Below, in pieces: positions 19,164 through 28,599 of a stretch of 64,000 bases of DNA. Numbering within the stretch: the first letter of the stretch is position 1; each line of letters opens with the position of its first letter. A model generated the notes under the pieces. That model was not told where the DNA came from, made no database searches, and was given only the letters and a program-made list of their open reading frames with translations. The position numbers and the translations under genes were made by a program. This DNA is from Alphaproteobacteria bacterium (GTDB lineage: Bacteria; Pseudomonadota; Alphaproteobacteria; UBA7887): assembly GCA_965216755.1 (NCBI GenBank), contig CBDCGL010000011.1, positions 4,352,001 through 4,416,000 on the forward strand, in the 5' to 3' direction.

Positions 19164-21845
19164 ATGGTGCCTGCAGCCCACGCAACGACGTTGACCGCCA
19201 ATGCGCCGCAGCCAACGACCGCGCCGGCCATGGCGTGCTGGCTCGGCACGATGGCTTATGTCGCCGTCCTTGTCGCGCTGCTGATGGTGCTGCCAGCCTC
19301 GGTGCTCAATGCGGAAAGTGCGCAATTCCTGCTCATTATCGGTTGGATTGGCACCTGGCGTTATAGCTGGGCAACAATTCACGCGGGACGGGCGTTGATC
19401 TATGCGTTCATCCGGTTTCCGCGTTTGCGTGCCGCGGCCGATCGGTTGGGCCCGCGTGGTTTGCCGTCCCATCTTTTCGTGCTGATCACCTCTTATCGTA
19501 TTGATGCCGAGACCAACGCTGCCGTCTACGCGAGTTTGATCGACGATGTTTCTGAATGCGCTATTCGCACGATAATCGTTGCTGCTGTAAGCGATGAAGC
19601 CGACGAACGTCAGTTGCAAGCTCTGTTTTGCCGTCTTGCACCACCGCCGGGGGTTGAACTGGTCATAATGCGCCAAGATGGGACCGGTAAACGGACCGCG
19701 ATGAGCGAGGGTTTGCGTGCCATTTCGCGGCGCATCCCGCCCGCTGACAGTCTGGTCTTGTTCATGGACGGGGACGTGCGCTTGCCGCGGGGCACGCTGA
19801 GACGGACAATGCCGTTCTTCGCTTTGATGCCCCGCCTCGGTGGTGTGACGACAGACAATCGCGGCATCACGACGGGAAGCAATTGGGTCAAGGAATGGTA
19901 TGACATGCGCTTCGCGCAGCGCCATGTTCTGATGTGCTCGTTGAGCTTGTCGTGGAGGGTGCTGGTCTTGACCGGGCGTTTCAGCATGTTTCGCGCCGAC
20001 ATCGCCACCGACGCCGGATTCATCAAGGCGGTCGAGGAAGACCACATCGCCCATTGGCGCTTTGGCCATCTAAAGTTTCTGACCGGCGACGACAAATCGA
20101 CCTGGTATTGGGTGCTGAAGAACCGGTGGGACATGTTGTATCTGCCGGACGTTCAAGTTCACAGCTTCGAAGTTCTGCCATCGCCATCGCTGATCAAAAG
20201 TTCAATTCAGCTGATGGTGCGATGGTTCGGCAACATGATGCGCAATAACGGCCGGGCAATCGCCTTGGGGCCACGCGTCACGGGCGGATTCATTTGGTGG
20301 TCGTTGGTTGATCAACGCTTGTCGATGTGGACAAGCTTAACCGGGCCGGTGGCAACGGCATTTGCGGCAATGGTTGTCAGCCCGGTGTTGATTATCGTGT
20401 ATCTGACCTGGGTGATGATCACACGCTTTTTGCAAGCCGCGATCGCCGGCGGTGTGCGGCGACGTTTCAGTCCATATATGCCGTTTCTTCTGTACTACAC
20501 GCAAGTCGTTGGATCGTTTGTAAAGATCTATGTGAGCTTTCGGCTCAACCGGCAGCGTTGGACACGTCAAGGTATTGGGGGCAACAAACGTTTGACCCTG
20601 AAGCAACGCCTTCAGAATGGGGTCTCGCTTTATATTCATAGCTTATCGTTTGTGACCTTTTTGTTCCTGATGGCACTGGCATCAGGCGCGCTTTTTTTAC
20701 CAAGCGTCGGCGCGATCGATAGTGTTTTCGCCGGCCAAGATGGAACCGTGGCTGCGACCGATGATGCGCGATGGTTGCAGGCGGCCATCGATGCGGCGCC
20801 GCGCGGGGCCGTTGTGCGCATACCTGCCGGTGATTATCATTTGGGCGGACCTATCGTGATCGCGCGTGATGACATAACGCTTCAGGGAGCGGGCAGCAAA
20901 CAAACCCGACTTGTTGCGAGTTTTGCCGGCACCGACGATGCCTTAATTACGATCGCCGGGGAGCTACCGCGCGACGCGGCTGCGGGGCAATGTGCCGAGC
21001 TGTCTGTCGCGATCACAGCCGATCAGACGATGGTTCGGCTGAACCGAGGTTTTGGTTTGCAGCGTGGCGATTTCGTCTCGCTGCGTGCTGCCAACGATCC
21101 GTCATTTCTGCGCGAGTTGGGAGCCGAAGTTTGGCAGCGGCGATATCCACACCTTCGGCAAACACTCGCCCAAGTCAGTCACGCGGAGGGTGCGTCCGCG
21201 CGGCTCGTGGATCCGGTCGGGTTGGCACTGCCCGCGGGTGGTGAAGTATGCCGGCTAGATGTGGCGGAGAATGTGAGCTTACGCGGCTTCACATTGCGCT
21301 ATGACCTTGGTGTCGCCAGCGACGCGGCAGATTACAGCAACAGTCGCCCCGACCATCGGCTCGACGGTGTCGCGGTGCGCGGCGCCGCGGATGTGCGCCT
21401 GTCCGACATTGTCGTTGTGAATGCCGGCCGACATCCGATCCACTTGGACACTGTCGTCCGCTTGGTGGCCCAAGACCTCGCGGCGCACGGTGCGTACAAC
21501 AAAGGTAAAGGCGGTAACGGCTACGTCCGCTTGGCTCGGACCGTACGCTCGCAGTTCGATGGGCTGACCTTGCGCGGCTTGCGCCACCTCACCATTCAAT
21601 GGTCGAGCCACGGCAATCGCATCGTTGATTTGGATAGCGACAGCGATGTCAATTTCCATGGCGGTTACACACATGAGAATGTGGTTCACGCAACCCGTTT
21701 GTCACCGCGGGCCAATCATCCATGGGGCGCGGTGACGCGGACGCCGGCGGATGCCGTGTGGGCGCCGCCCGATGGACCGGGCAACAAAGTATTCGTCAAT
21801 GGCCGCGCAGTCACCGCGCCACCGCGCAAGCGCGAGGGCAATTGA
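19164..21845 (+). CDS. alg8: Alg8-like mannuronan synthase (GT2) fused to a C-terminal right-handed beta-helix domain
   Basis: GTWRY, QDGTGKR, MDGD, LTGRFSMFRA, FLTGDDKSTW, LMVRWFGNMMR and DQRLSMWT match Alg8. After the last TM comes DDARWLQAAID...IPAGDY...ITLQGAG, a pectate_lyase_3-type start. Confidence 0.88.
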   Translation: MVPAAHATTLTANAPQPTTAPAMACWLGTMAYVAVLVALLMVLPASVLNAESAQFLLIIGWIGTWRYSWATIHAGRALIYAFIRFPRLRAAADRLGPRGLPSHLFVLITSYRIDAETNAAVYASLIDDVSECAIRTIIVAAVSDEADERQLQALFCRLAPPPGVELVIMRQDGTGKRTAMSEGLRAISRRIPPADSLVLFMDGDVRLPRGTLRRTMPFFALMPRLGGVTTDNRGITTGSNWVKEWYDMRFAQRHVLMCSLSLSWRVLVLTGRFSMFRADIATDAGFIKAVEEDHIAHWRFGHLKFLTGDDKSTWYWVLKNRWDMLYLPDVQVHSFEVLPSPSLIKSSIQLMVRWFGNMMRNNGRAIALGPRVTGGFIWWSLVDQRLSMWTSLTGPVATAFAAMVVSPVLIIVYLTWVMITRFLQAAIAGGVRRRFSPYMPFLLYYTQVVGSFVKIYVSFRLNRQRWTRQGIGGNKRLTLKQRLQNGVSLYIHSLSFVTFLFLMALASGALFLPSVGAIDSVFAGQDGTVAATDDARWLQAAIDAAPRGAVVRIPAGDYHLGGPIVIARDDITLQGAGSKQTRLVASFAGTDDALITIAGELPRDAAAGQCAELSVAITADQTMVRLNRGFGLQRGDFVSLRAANDPSFLRELGAEVWQRRYPHLRQTLAQVSHAEGASARLVDPVGLALPAGGEVCRLDVAENVSLRGFTLRYDLGVASDAADYSNSRPDHRLDGVAVRGAADVRLSDIVVVNAGRHPIHLDTVVRLVAQDLAAHGAYNKGKGGNGYVRLARTVRSQFDGLTLRGLRHLTIQWSSHGNRIVDLDSDSDVNFHGGYTHENVVHATRLSPRANHPWGAVTRTPADAVWAPPDGPGNKVFVNGRAVTAPPRKREGN

Positions 21846-21852
21846 TCGCGTT

Positions 21853-23478
21853 ATGCTTGACGAACAAGACAAACTCACCCCGGTCGCGGTTTCTGGCCCG
21901 GTCACCCGCGAAAGTCGCAGCGGTCGACGCCATATCCGTGCGCGTATGCCCGTCGATTTGGAACTCGACGGGGCCCGCTATCGCGCCAACGACATCTCCA
22001 TCGGTGGCTTTGGTATCGAAGGCATGACCACGGTTCGCCAAGTCGGCGAGTCCCTCACTGTGTCAGTGTTACTGCCGTTCCGTGACTACGACTTCAAAAT
22101 GACGCTGACCTGCGAGGTTGCCCATATAGATCGGCAGAAGGTTTATATCGGTTTTCGATTTGTCGACATTACGGAGACGCAAGTCGCGCTGTTGGGCTAT
22201 TTAATCCAGAGCTACCTGTCGGGCGAGCTGGTCACGGTCGAGAACTTGTTGAGCGTGCCGCAAATTTCCGGTGGCGCGCGTGCGGTTGGCAAGGTGGCGG
22301 GTGTCGACAAGCCGACCGCCCGGCAATTGGTGGGCCAAGGTGTTCGCTACGTGGTGCTTGGCGTTGCCGGATTGGTCGTGATGGGGGTGCTGGGACTATC
22401 TTTCTACGATCGATTTTTCACTGTTGATGCTGAGCTGGCTGCGTTGACCGCGCCGCGTATTGCGTTGCGGGCGCCGGCCGACGGTCGATTGGTTGTGGAT
22501 CCGTCACTGGTCGGACGAAATGTCGAAATCGGCACGCGATTGTTCGCCATTCGCGACCCAGATGTGGCGAGTCTGATTGCAGAAGCCGAGGCAGTGATCA
22601 CCAAGCAGCAAGCCAAACTGGTGGGCTTGCAGGTCCAACTACGCGAACGCCGAAACTTCTTTAAAGCGTACAGCAAACTGGCGGCGGCCCAATTGGCTGA
22701 GGCCGAGGCGACATTGCACCAGGCGCGGATTGGTTTTGAAACGGCTGAAAGGGAGTATTTTCGCACGCAAGAACTGCGCGAGGCCGGGCATGCGACAGTG
22801 CGGTCACTCGACGATTCCCTTAATCGGTACGCGCAAGCCAAGGCCGCCATGGAGCAGGCCGCCGCCGCGGTTGATCGCGCGCGCACAAACGAGGGCCTGG
22901 CGGACCAAGGCCAATACTATACAAACAAGCGTGGCGACGGCGGTGAGATTGGTGAGATCCGGCGGGAGATCCAAGCCGTCGAAGCTGAAATTGTGGCACA
23001 ACGCGAGCGTGTTGCGGCGCTGCAGGCGCGCGAGTCCGATCAAGTGGTGGTGAGCCCCTGTAACTGTTTGGTACAGCATGTGCGCAGCGTCGATGGCGAT
23101 TGGGTCGCACAAGGCGAAGATGTCACGATCTTGGCGGAGGCAGGCGATTCGCAAGTCCTCGTCAGCGCGCTGGTCGATATTGTTGTCGTCGATCGGCTGC
23201 GACTTTATCAACGCGCCCACATCGCCTTTGCGGATCGTGACCAGCCCATGCGTGGACGGATTGTTGCGATTAATCGCACAGCCTTGCCGGAAGACCGCTT
23301 GGGATTGCCTCCGGGTGCCGATGGGCGTGCGGGCGTCGCCACGATCTTGGTGATGCCGGACCAAGCAATTGACGGCTTGCCCATTGGTTTGCCCGCGCAG
23401 GTGACGTTTCCATTGTCTTGGCGGCAGGCAACGTTTCGCTGGTTAGGCGGCCTACCCGCAACCACTGACGACGGCTAG
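21853..23478 (+). CDS. alg44: Alg44-like co-polymerase: PilZ + TM + HlyD/membrane-fusion domain
   Basis: RRHIR (RxxxR) and DISIGG (DxSxxG) c-di-GMP motifs, YLSGELV, one TM, long coiled coil, SPCNC. Confidence 0.87.
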   Translation: MLDEQDKLTPVAVSGPVTRESRSGRRHIRARMPVDLELDGARYRANDISIGGFGIEGMTTVRQVGESLTVSVLLPFRDYDFKMTLTCEVAHIDRQKVYIGFRFVDITETQVALLGYLIQSYLSGELVTVENLLSVPQISGGARAVGKVAGVDKPTARQLVGQGVRYVVLGVAGLVVMGVLGLSFYDRFFTVDAELAALTAPRIALRAPADGRLVVDPSLVGRNVEIGTRLFAIRDPDVASLIAEAEAVITKQQAKLVGLQVQLRERRNFFKAYSKLAAAQLAEAEATLHQARIGFETAEREYFRTQELREAGHATVRSLDDSLNRYAQAKAAMEQAAAAVDRARTNEGLADQGQYYTNKRGDGGEIGEIRREIQAVEAEIVAQRERVAALQARESDQVVVSPCNCLVQHVRSVDGDWVAQGEDVTILAEAGDSQVLVSALVDIVVVDRLRLYQRAHIAFADRDQPMRGRIVAINRTALPEDRLGLPPGADGRAGVATILVMPDQAIDGLPIGLPAQVTFPLSWRQATFRWLGGLPATTDDG

Positions 23479-23626
23479 CCGCCCAAACTCGATTTCCCCG
23501 GATCGCGGATGTACTCTGGCGCGGGTCAATGGATCATGCAATGTGGTCACAGCGCAGTCGGAGACATGCCGCGAAATGATTTGTCGAAGATGGTGGCCTG
23601 ACGGCGTAGCGGGGAGATGTTCCCGC

Positions 23627-23827
23627 ATGTGGTTGGGGATATGGCTGTCGGTTTTGATATGCATCTTCTTGAGTGGTTGTGGTGTCTGTGTCGGCCGTGG
23701 CGGTAGTGCAAGCGCACCGTTCATTGCCTGCGGCCTGGGCATACGTGTCCAGGCGCCGGGTTCGGTCGGCGCTGAACTGGCTTGTCCCGCGCCGGTTCAC
23801 AACCCGTCTAGACGCCACTATCGCTAG
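23627..23827 (+). CDS. Candidate small Cys-containing lipoprotein
   Basis: GGGGAG upstream of ATG 23627; hydrophobic leader ending LSGC lipobox; no recognisable family. Confidence 0.3.
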   Translation: MWLGIWLSVLICIFLSGCGVCVGRGGSASAPFIACGLGIRVQAPGSVGAELACPAPVHNPSRRHYR

Positions 23828-23836
23828 GAGATTTGA

Positions 23837-24457
23837 ATGTCTCGTGAACGCGTATTGCTTGTTTACTCGGATTATAAGAGCCCCTATGCCTACCTTGCTA
23901 AGGACCTTGTCTACGACCTTCAAGACGAGCTTGGTTTTTCTGTAACCTGGCGCCCCTATACGTTGGATATAGCCGATTATCTCGGTGACGCGCGAGTTGA
24001 CGAGATGGGGGCCGTCATTGAAGAAAACCGCACAGATCATCAATGGCGCCGCGTGCGCTATTCATACATGGACGTGCGCCGTTACGCCAATCAAAGGGGG
24101 CTGATCGTCCGTGGGCCGAAAAAGATCTTTGACTCTTCATTGGCCGCGATCGGCATGCTGTATGCCCAGAACCAGGGTGTTTTTAGGCGCTATCACGATG
24201 CGGTGTTTGAACGGTTTTGGCGCCGCGAGTTGGACATCGAAAACCCTGAAGCGATTGCTGGGGTTTTGGCCGAATGCAGCGCGGACTCCAGGGATTTCTC
24301 GGCGTTTCTTTCTGGTTCCGGACGGGCCGCACATGATCATTATCGTGCCGAGGCCGAAGCGATAGGCGTGTTTGGGGTTCCAACGTTCGTCGTTGACGGC
24401 GAGTTGTTTTGGGGGCGTGAGCATCTACCCTTGATCCGCGAGAGGCTACAAGGCTAG
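23837..24457 (+). CDS. 2-hydroxychromene-2-carboxylate isomerase / DsbA-family protein
   Basis: DYKSPYAYL N-terminal motif and GVFGVPTFVVDGELFWG. Confidence 0.9.
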   Translation: MSRERVLLVYSDYKSPYAYLAKDLVYDLQDELGFSVTWRPYTLDIADYLGDARVDEMGAVIEENRTDHQWRRVRYSYMDVRRYANQRGLIVRGPKKIFDSSLAAIGMLYAQNQGVFRRYHDAVFERFWRRELDIENPEAIAGVLAECSADSRDFSAFLSGSGRAAHDHYRAEAEAIGVFGVPTFVVDGELFWGREHLPLIRERLQG

Positions 24458-24469
24458 GCGGTATCAGAT

Positions 24470-24964
24470 TTAGCGGTAACGATACTCTAAGAACATCAGG
24501 TTCGCTGGTGCCTTGGGTCCGTAGTTGCGATAGGCCGGAATCGAACTGAAGCCCAATTCATGATACAGCGCGATCGCGTCCGACATCACCGTGCTGACTG
24601 TATCCATGCGCATCGCTCGGTATTTTCGCCGGTGCCCTTCGGCAAGGATTTCCGTGATCAGGGCGCGACCCAGGGCCCGACCGCGCCAGGCCGGTTCCAC
24701 ATACAGCCGTTTCATCTCGCAATATCCCGGAGAGAGCGGACGCAGGCCGACCGTGCCGACCGGGCGGTCCGCGATGCGGGCGAGCAGGATGCAGCCATCC
24801 GGTTGCGCGTAGGGCCCAGGGAGTTTGGCAAGTTCGCCGGTGAAGTCTTGGAAGCCAAGATCGAGCCCAATGTTTCCGGCGTAGGCACGGAATAGGCGCC
24901 GCGCCGCGATCAAATCGGTATTGCAGATGGCCGGTGCGATGGTTGCCTTTTGCATAATGACCAT
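24470..24964 (-). CDS. GNAT acetyltransferase
   Basis: CEMKRLYVEPAWRGRALGR, AIALYHELGF. Confidence 0.92.
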   Translation of the reverse strand: MVIMQKATIAPAICNTDLIAARRLFRAYAGNIGLDLGFQDFTGELAKLPGPYAQPDGCILLARIADRPVGTVGLRPLSPGYCEMKRLYVEPAWRGRALGRALITEILAEGHRRKYRAMRMDTVSTVMSDAIALYHELGFSSIPAYRNYGPKAPANLMFLEYRYR

Positions 24965-25135
24965 GGTGAAGGTGACATTGCCGCCAAATAGTCGGCGTCA
25001 ACGAAAAACGGAACACGCCGCGTGCTCCATCTGTGGTGCGCGCGGCGTGTTGTGCCTGACAATCCGCTTAAGAAACCCGGGGTTGCGCCGAATATCCGGC
25101 GCGCTGCGTCAACTGTTTTGTGGAACGCGGCGGAC

Positions 25136-25576
25136 TCAGACGCTTTCTTTCAACTTCGCACTCGCTTTGAAGCGTATGCCCTTGGAGGCCTTGATCCGGA
25201 TGGGCTCACCCGTCCGCGGATTGCGACCCTTGCGTGCCGGTCGCCGTGTGACTTCAAAAGTGCCAAAGCCGACCAATTGAACTTTCTTATTCTTTTTGAG
25301 TGATGCCGTAATCGACGCGAACACGGCATCCATGGTTTCTTTCGCCGCCTTCGCTGTCGAGCCCGTGCCCTGTTGAACTAAAGCGACCAAGTGATTCTTA
25401 TCTGACGTGCCTTCCGGTGTCGGCGATGCCTTAACGGCAGTTGATGTCGCTGCTTTTTGCACCGTTCGTCTTGCTGGCGCTTTCTTCGCCGCGCTCTTTC
25501 GAGCCGGCGCTTTGCGCGATGTGGTTGTGCGTGCAGTGGAGCGCCGAGTGGTTTTGGCCGAAGGTTTCCGAGCCAT
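25136..25576 (-). CDS. HU-family DNA-binding protein with Lys/Arg/Ala-rich N-terminal extension
   Basis: VQLVGFGTFEV, RKGRNPRTGEPI; about 55-aa basic tail; RBS GAGG. Confidence 0.93.
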   Translation of the reverse strand: MARKPSAKTTRRSTARTTTSRKAPARKSAAKKAPARRTVQKAATSTAVKASPTPEGTSDKNHLVALVQQGTGSTAKAAKETMDAVFASITASLKKNKKVQLVGFGTFEVTRRPARKGRNPRTGEPIRIKASKGIRFKASAKLKESV

Positions 25577-25981
25577 TATTTGTTACCTCTTCCCAAGTTC
25601 TATATGTGCCGTACCGATTGTCGGGTGTTCAATTGCACCCTTGGAACTCGTGAGACGTTGCCTGCAATGATCGTCCCCCCGCGCACGTACATTATCGACA
25701 ACGCATGGCCGGTCAAGCCTGCCACGGTCCACTTATTACCATTTCATGTAGGAGATGCAAGCAAAGCACATGGAAACTGGGCCGGATTGTTGTTCTTTTC
25801 GATTTCGTAACGAATTCACAGGATGTTTTTGCCCTGGCGCCGACTGATTGTACGGCTCACGAAACAGCGAAAGCCTCAATTGCCGTGGCACCAAGCCGTG
25901 GCGCGTTGCGTTCAATCTTCACAAAGGACGTCAGAGGCGCAAGCCAGGCTTGCGCAGTTGGACCACAATGCGTGGGTATTG

Positions 25982-26542
25982 CTAGAACCTGTAACCATAA
26001 CGGACGCCGAGCGTATCGAGGCCCTCGTTGGGGCTTGCAAGGTAGGCGTTGGAAATGTGGTCGAACATAATCGAGAACCTGTGTTGATCGCCGGCCTGAA
26101 AACCAATCTCTATAGGAATGCGAAAGAGCAGGTGAGATCCCAGCTCCTTTTTGTCGGGATCGCGGGTTTCCGTTTCGCCATCGTGTACCGTGATACCAGC
26201 CCCAAACGCGAGAAAGAGCTGCGCAGGAAGGTCGACCTCGATAACAAATCCGCCATAGAGTTTGCTGGTATCGTCGCCATTGTTGATCGACACACCAAGA
26301 TTTGGCCGCAAGACGGCATAAGGCAGAAGCGCGCGGTTCCACCCAAAAACCACTTCGCCGTTGAAATCGAATCCACTCTCGCGCCGAAAACCGCTCCAAA
26401 GTCCGTCGACATCATGCGCCAAAACGCCGAACTTGGCTTCGTAAAACCAGTGGCCAGCGCCGCGCTCGGACTCAAAGGGTGCTGCGACGCACGGGAACGA
26501 AGTGAAACATATCGCGGCGGCGATCATCACCGATCGTAACAT
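25982..26542 (-). CDS. Acyloxyacyl hydrolase / PagL-like lipid A deacylase outer-membrane protein
   Basis: Signal peptide, GVLAHD, LGSHLLFR, HISNA catalytic motif, C-terminal YRF. Confidence 0.88.
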   Translation of the reverse strand: MLRSVMIAAAICFTSFPCVAAPFESERGAGHWFYEAKFGVLAHDVDGLWSGFRRESGFDFNGEVVFGWNRALLPYAVLRPNLGVSINNGDDTSKLYGGFVIEVDLPAQLFLAFGAGITVHDGETETRDPDKKELGSHLLFRIPIEIGFQAGDQHRFSIMFDHISNAYLASPNEGLDTLGVRYGYRF

Positions 26543-26957
26543 TGCCGTGTCCTCAAATTGTCTATCTTGCAAAATCCTACCATACCGAACGATGGCCCCG
26601 ATGTCGGTCAAAAGCAAATGTTGATGTATGGTGACAGCTGGCCGACGCGAGTGGCGCGGGGGCGGCGTGGTCGCACCAGCGACAAGTCGATCTCGGCATC
26701 AGATATGTTTTGCGAATGATTAGTCATACACATAGGTATTTAAAACGGTTTGTCGCGTTTGACTGACAACGCCAGTAGAGCCCCGTGTGCTGCGAGTGCC
26801 GCCTTGGTACGCAGGTTCTTGGCTATGTACGCCGGTCGATGGGGTCGTCACGGCGACCGGTCTGTGGATGGTGGGGCGCCCATATCCGCGACCTGCCTCG
26901 GACCGCGCGCCCAAAATAGACACATTGGCAAGCTGTTGAATTTGGTGATGGTTGGGC

Positions 26958-27080
26958 AAAAGAGTGGGGAGGCCGACCTGAGCTCCGGCCTCCCCTGGCC
27001 TTCAAAAAGAAGGTCGCGAACACTGTGCAACCCCGGTCAACATCGGGGGCCTGTGGGGCGCACAACTCGCAGCGACATTC
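26958..27080 (-). ncRNA. Candidate structured small RNA ending in a terminator
   Basis: Nested stems GTCGC/GCGAC, TGTGC/GCACA and CCCCG/CGGGG, then GGGGAGGCCG..CGGCCTCCCC-ACTCTTTT; AT-rich upstream; in a long gene-free gap. Confidence 0.45.
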
Positions 27081-27335
27081 TTCATAAAGTGAACCCAATA
27101 AGGAAGCATAAAATTTGCCTAAAACTTCAATTAAATACGTGTGTTGCCGCGCGACGTGACGATGACGTCCGATATATGGGCCGAATCGCCCCAAAAATTC
27201 AGTGCAACCCGTGACGAAGGTCGTGGGTCGCGCCGATTTCTTGAACCGGGTTCGGGTTGCTGCTGACCCGTCTTCGTTTGTTGGCAGTGTGGGCCTAGCG
27301 ACCTGGCCGAGGCGACGGCGGTTGGTCCCAAGCAG

Positions 27336-28562
27336 TCACGACGAATGGCAGCCAGGCACACGCCGATCCGGCGGTGTCGGGGGCGAGCTGCGGTCGACCG
27401 TCGTCCAATGCTCCACGTAACCAAGTTGAATCAATGTGGTGCGGGCGCGGACCCACCCTTCGAGGCGTGTCGTGGCCAGTTGCGCCAGTTCCGCACGGGA
27501 GCTGGGGCGCATTTGGCCGGGCGACTGCTGCGCTTGGTTCTTGATCAGTGATTGGACTGCTTCAACGGCGCTTTGAGCCGCATCGGCCAGTGCCGCTTCT
27601 CGGGCGAGATAGTGCTGCTCAAATTCCTGCCGTGCCCAAGGTGCGCACCGCGTGACGTCGCCAACGGGCGGGTGCCGCCAGCAACTGTGCAACCCACACG
27701 AGGCCAACTGGCACCGCACCTGATACCACGACAAGGCCTGGCGCAATATTTGGTTAATCAGGTCGACATGCATCTCGGCCATTTCGGCATGATCGGCACA
27801 CGATTCTCGGAAATCGGCAAGTGTGCGCAGAAGCGACAAGACCAGCGTCAAGCGACCCGCAATATCTGCGTGGCGGTCCTGATCATCGACCGTTCGTGAC
27901 GATCGGCGCAGTCTCTGCCATTCACATTGAAATAGGTGCTGCACAAATGATTGCGGGAGTGCTGCGATAGAGCCAAGCAACGAACCACGAAACTGGATTG
28001 TGCGTTCAATGGCGTGCGGGTTGCTGATGAGATCGATCGGTCCGAATAAGTCAAAGATCGAACGGTGCCAGGCCAGCACAACAGGAAACGTGCTTGTTGT
28101 CCCCTCGTTGGCCAAAACCGTATCGCATGTCGGCGGTTCATCAAGCGGTGCTTGTGGCACTATGCCAACCACATGGTTGTCGTCGCGGTGCGCAATGTGT
28201 GCTTGGATGACTGCCGCGCCGGTTCGTTGCCGGCAATGCACCAAGCCGGCGATATAGTCGGGCGCCAAGTGCTTGTCGAGTCCGCCCAGAATGACAAAGT
28301 CGCCGCGCGCTCGCGCCATCATTTCATTGATCCGGGCGATTCGCGCAAAATCGTCGTCACCCACTGGCCCATCCAACAGCCGCCATTGCGGCGAGCCACC
28401 GGATGTCTCGCGGATAGCCGTCCATAGCGCCGTGTCTATCGCGGACCCGCTGGACACGATGACCTCGGTGGGCGGCAAGGTTTGCGCTAACAGGGCGTGT
28501 ACGGCATCCGACGCCACCGAGCCGTCGCCACGATCGCAAGGCAAAAGATACGAGATTTTCAT
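27336..28562 (-). CDS. Degenerate GT2-family glycosyltransferase-like protein
   Basis: KISYLLP..AVHALLAQT...EVIV, ARARGDFVIL; the DxD position reads GGLD. Confidence 0.6.
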   Translation of the reverse strand: MKISYLLPCDRGDGSVASDAVHALLAQTLPPTEVIVSSGSAIDTALWTAIRETSGGSPQWRLLDGPVGDDDFARIARINEMMARARGDFVILGGLDKHLAPDYIAGLVHCRQRTGAAVIQAHIAHRDDNHVVGIVPQAPLDEPPTCDTVLANEGTTSTFPVVLAWHRSIFDLFGPIDLISNPHAIERTIQFRGSLLGSIAALPQSFVQHLFQCEWQRLRRSSRTVDDQDRHADIAGRLTLVLSLLRTLADFRESCADHAEMAEMHVDLINQILRQALSWYQVRCQLASCGLHSCWRHPPVGDVTRCAPWARQEFEQHYLAREAALADAAQSAVEAVQSLIKNQAQQSPGQMRPSSRAELAQLATTRLEGWVRARTTLIQLGYVEHWTTVDRSSPPTPPDRRVPGCHSS

Positions 28563-28599
28563 TGCGGTCGTGCCAGATCCGTCAGCGAGAACGGTCGGA

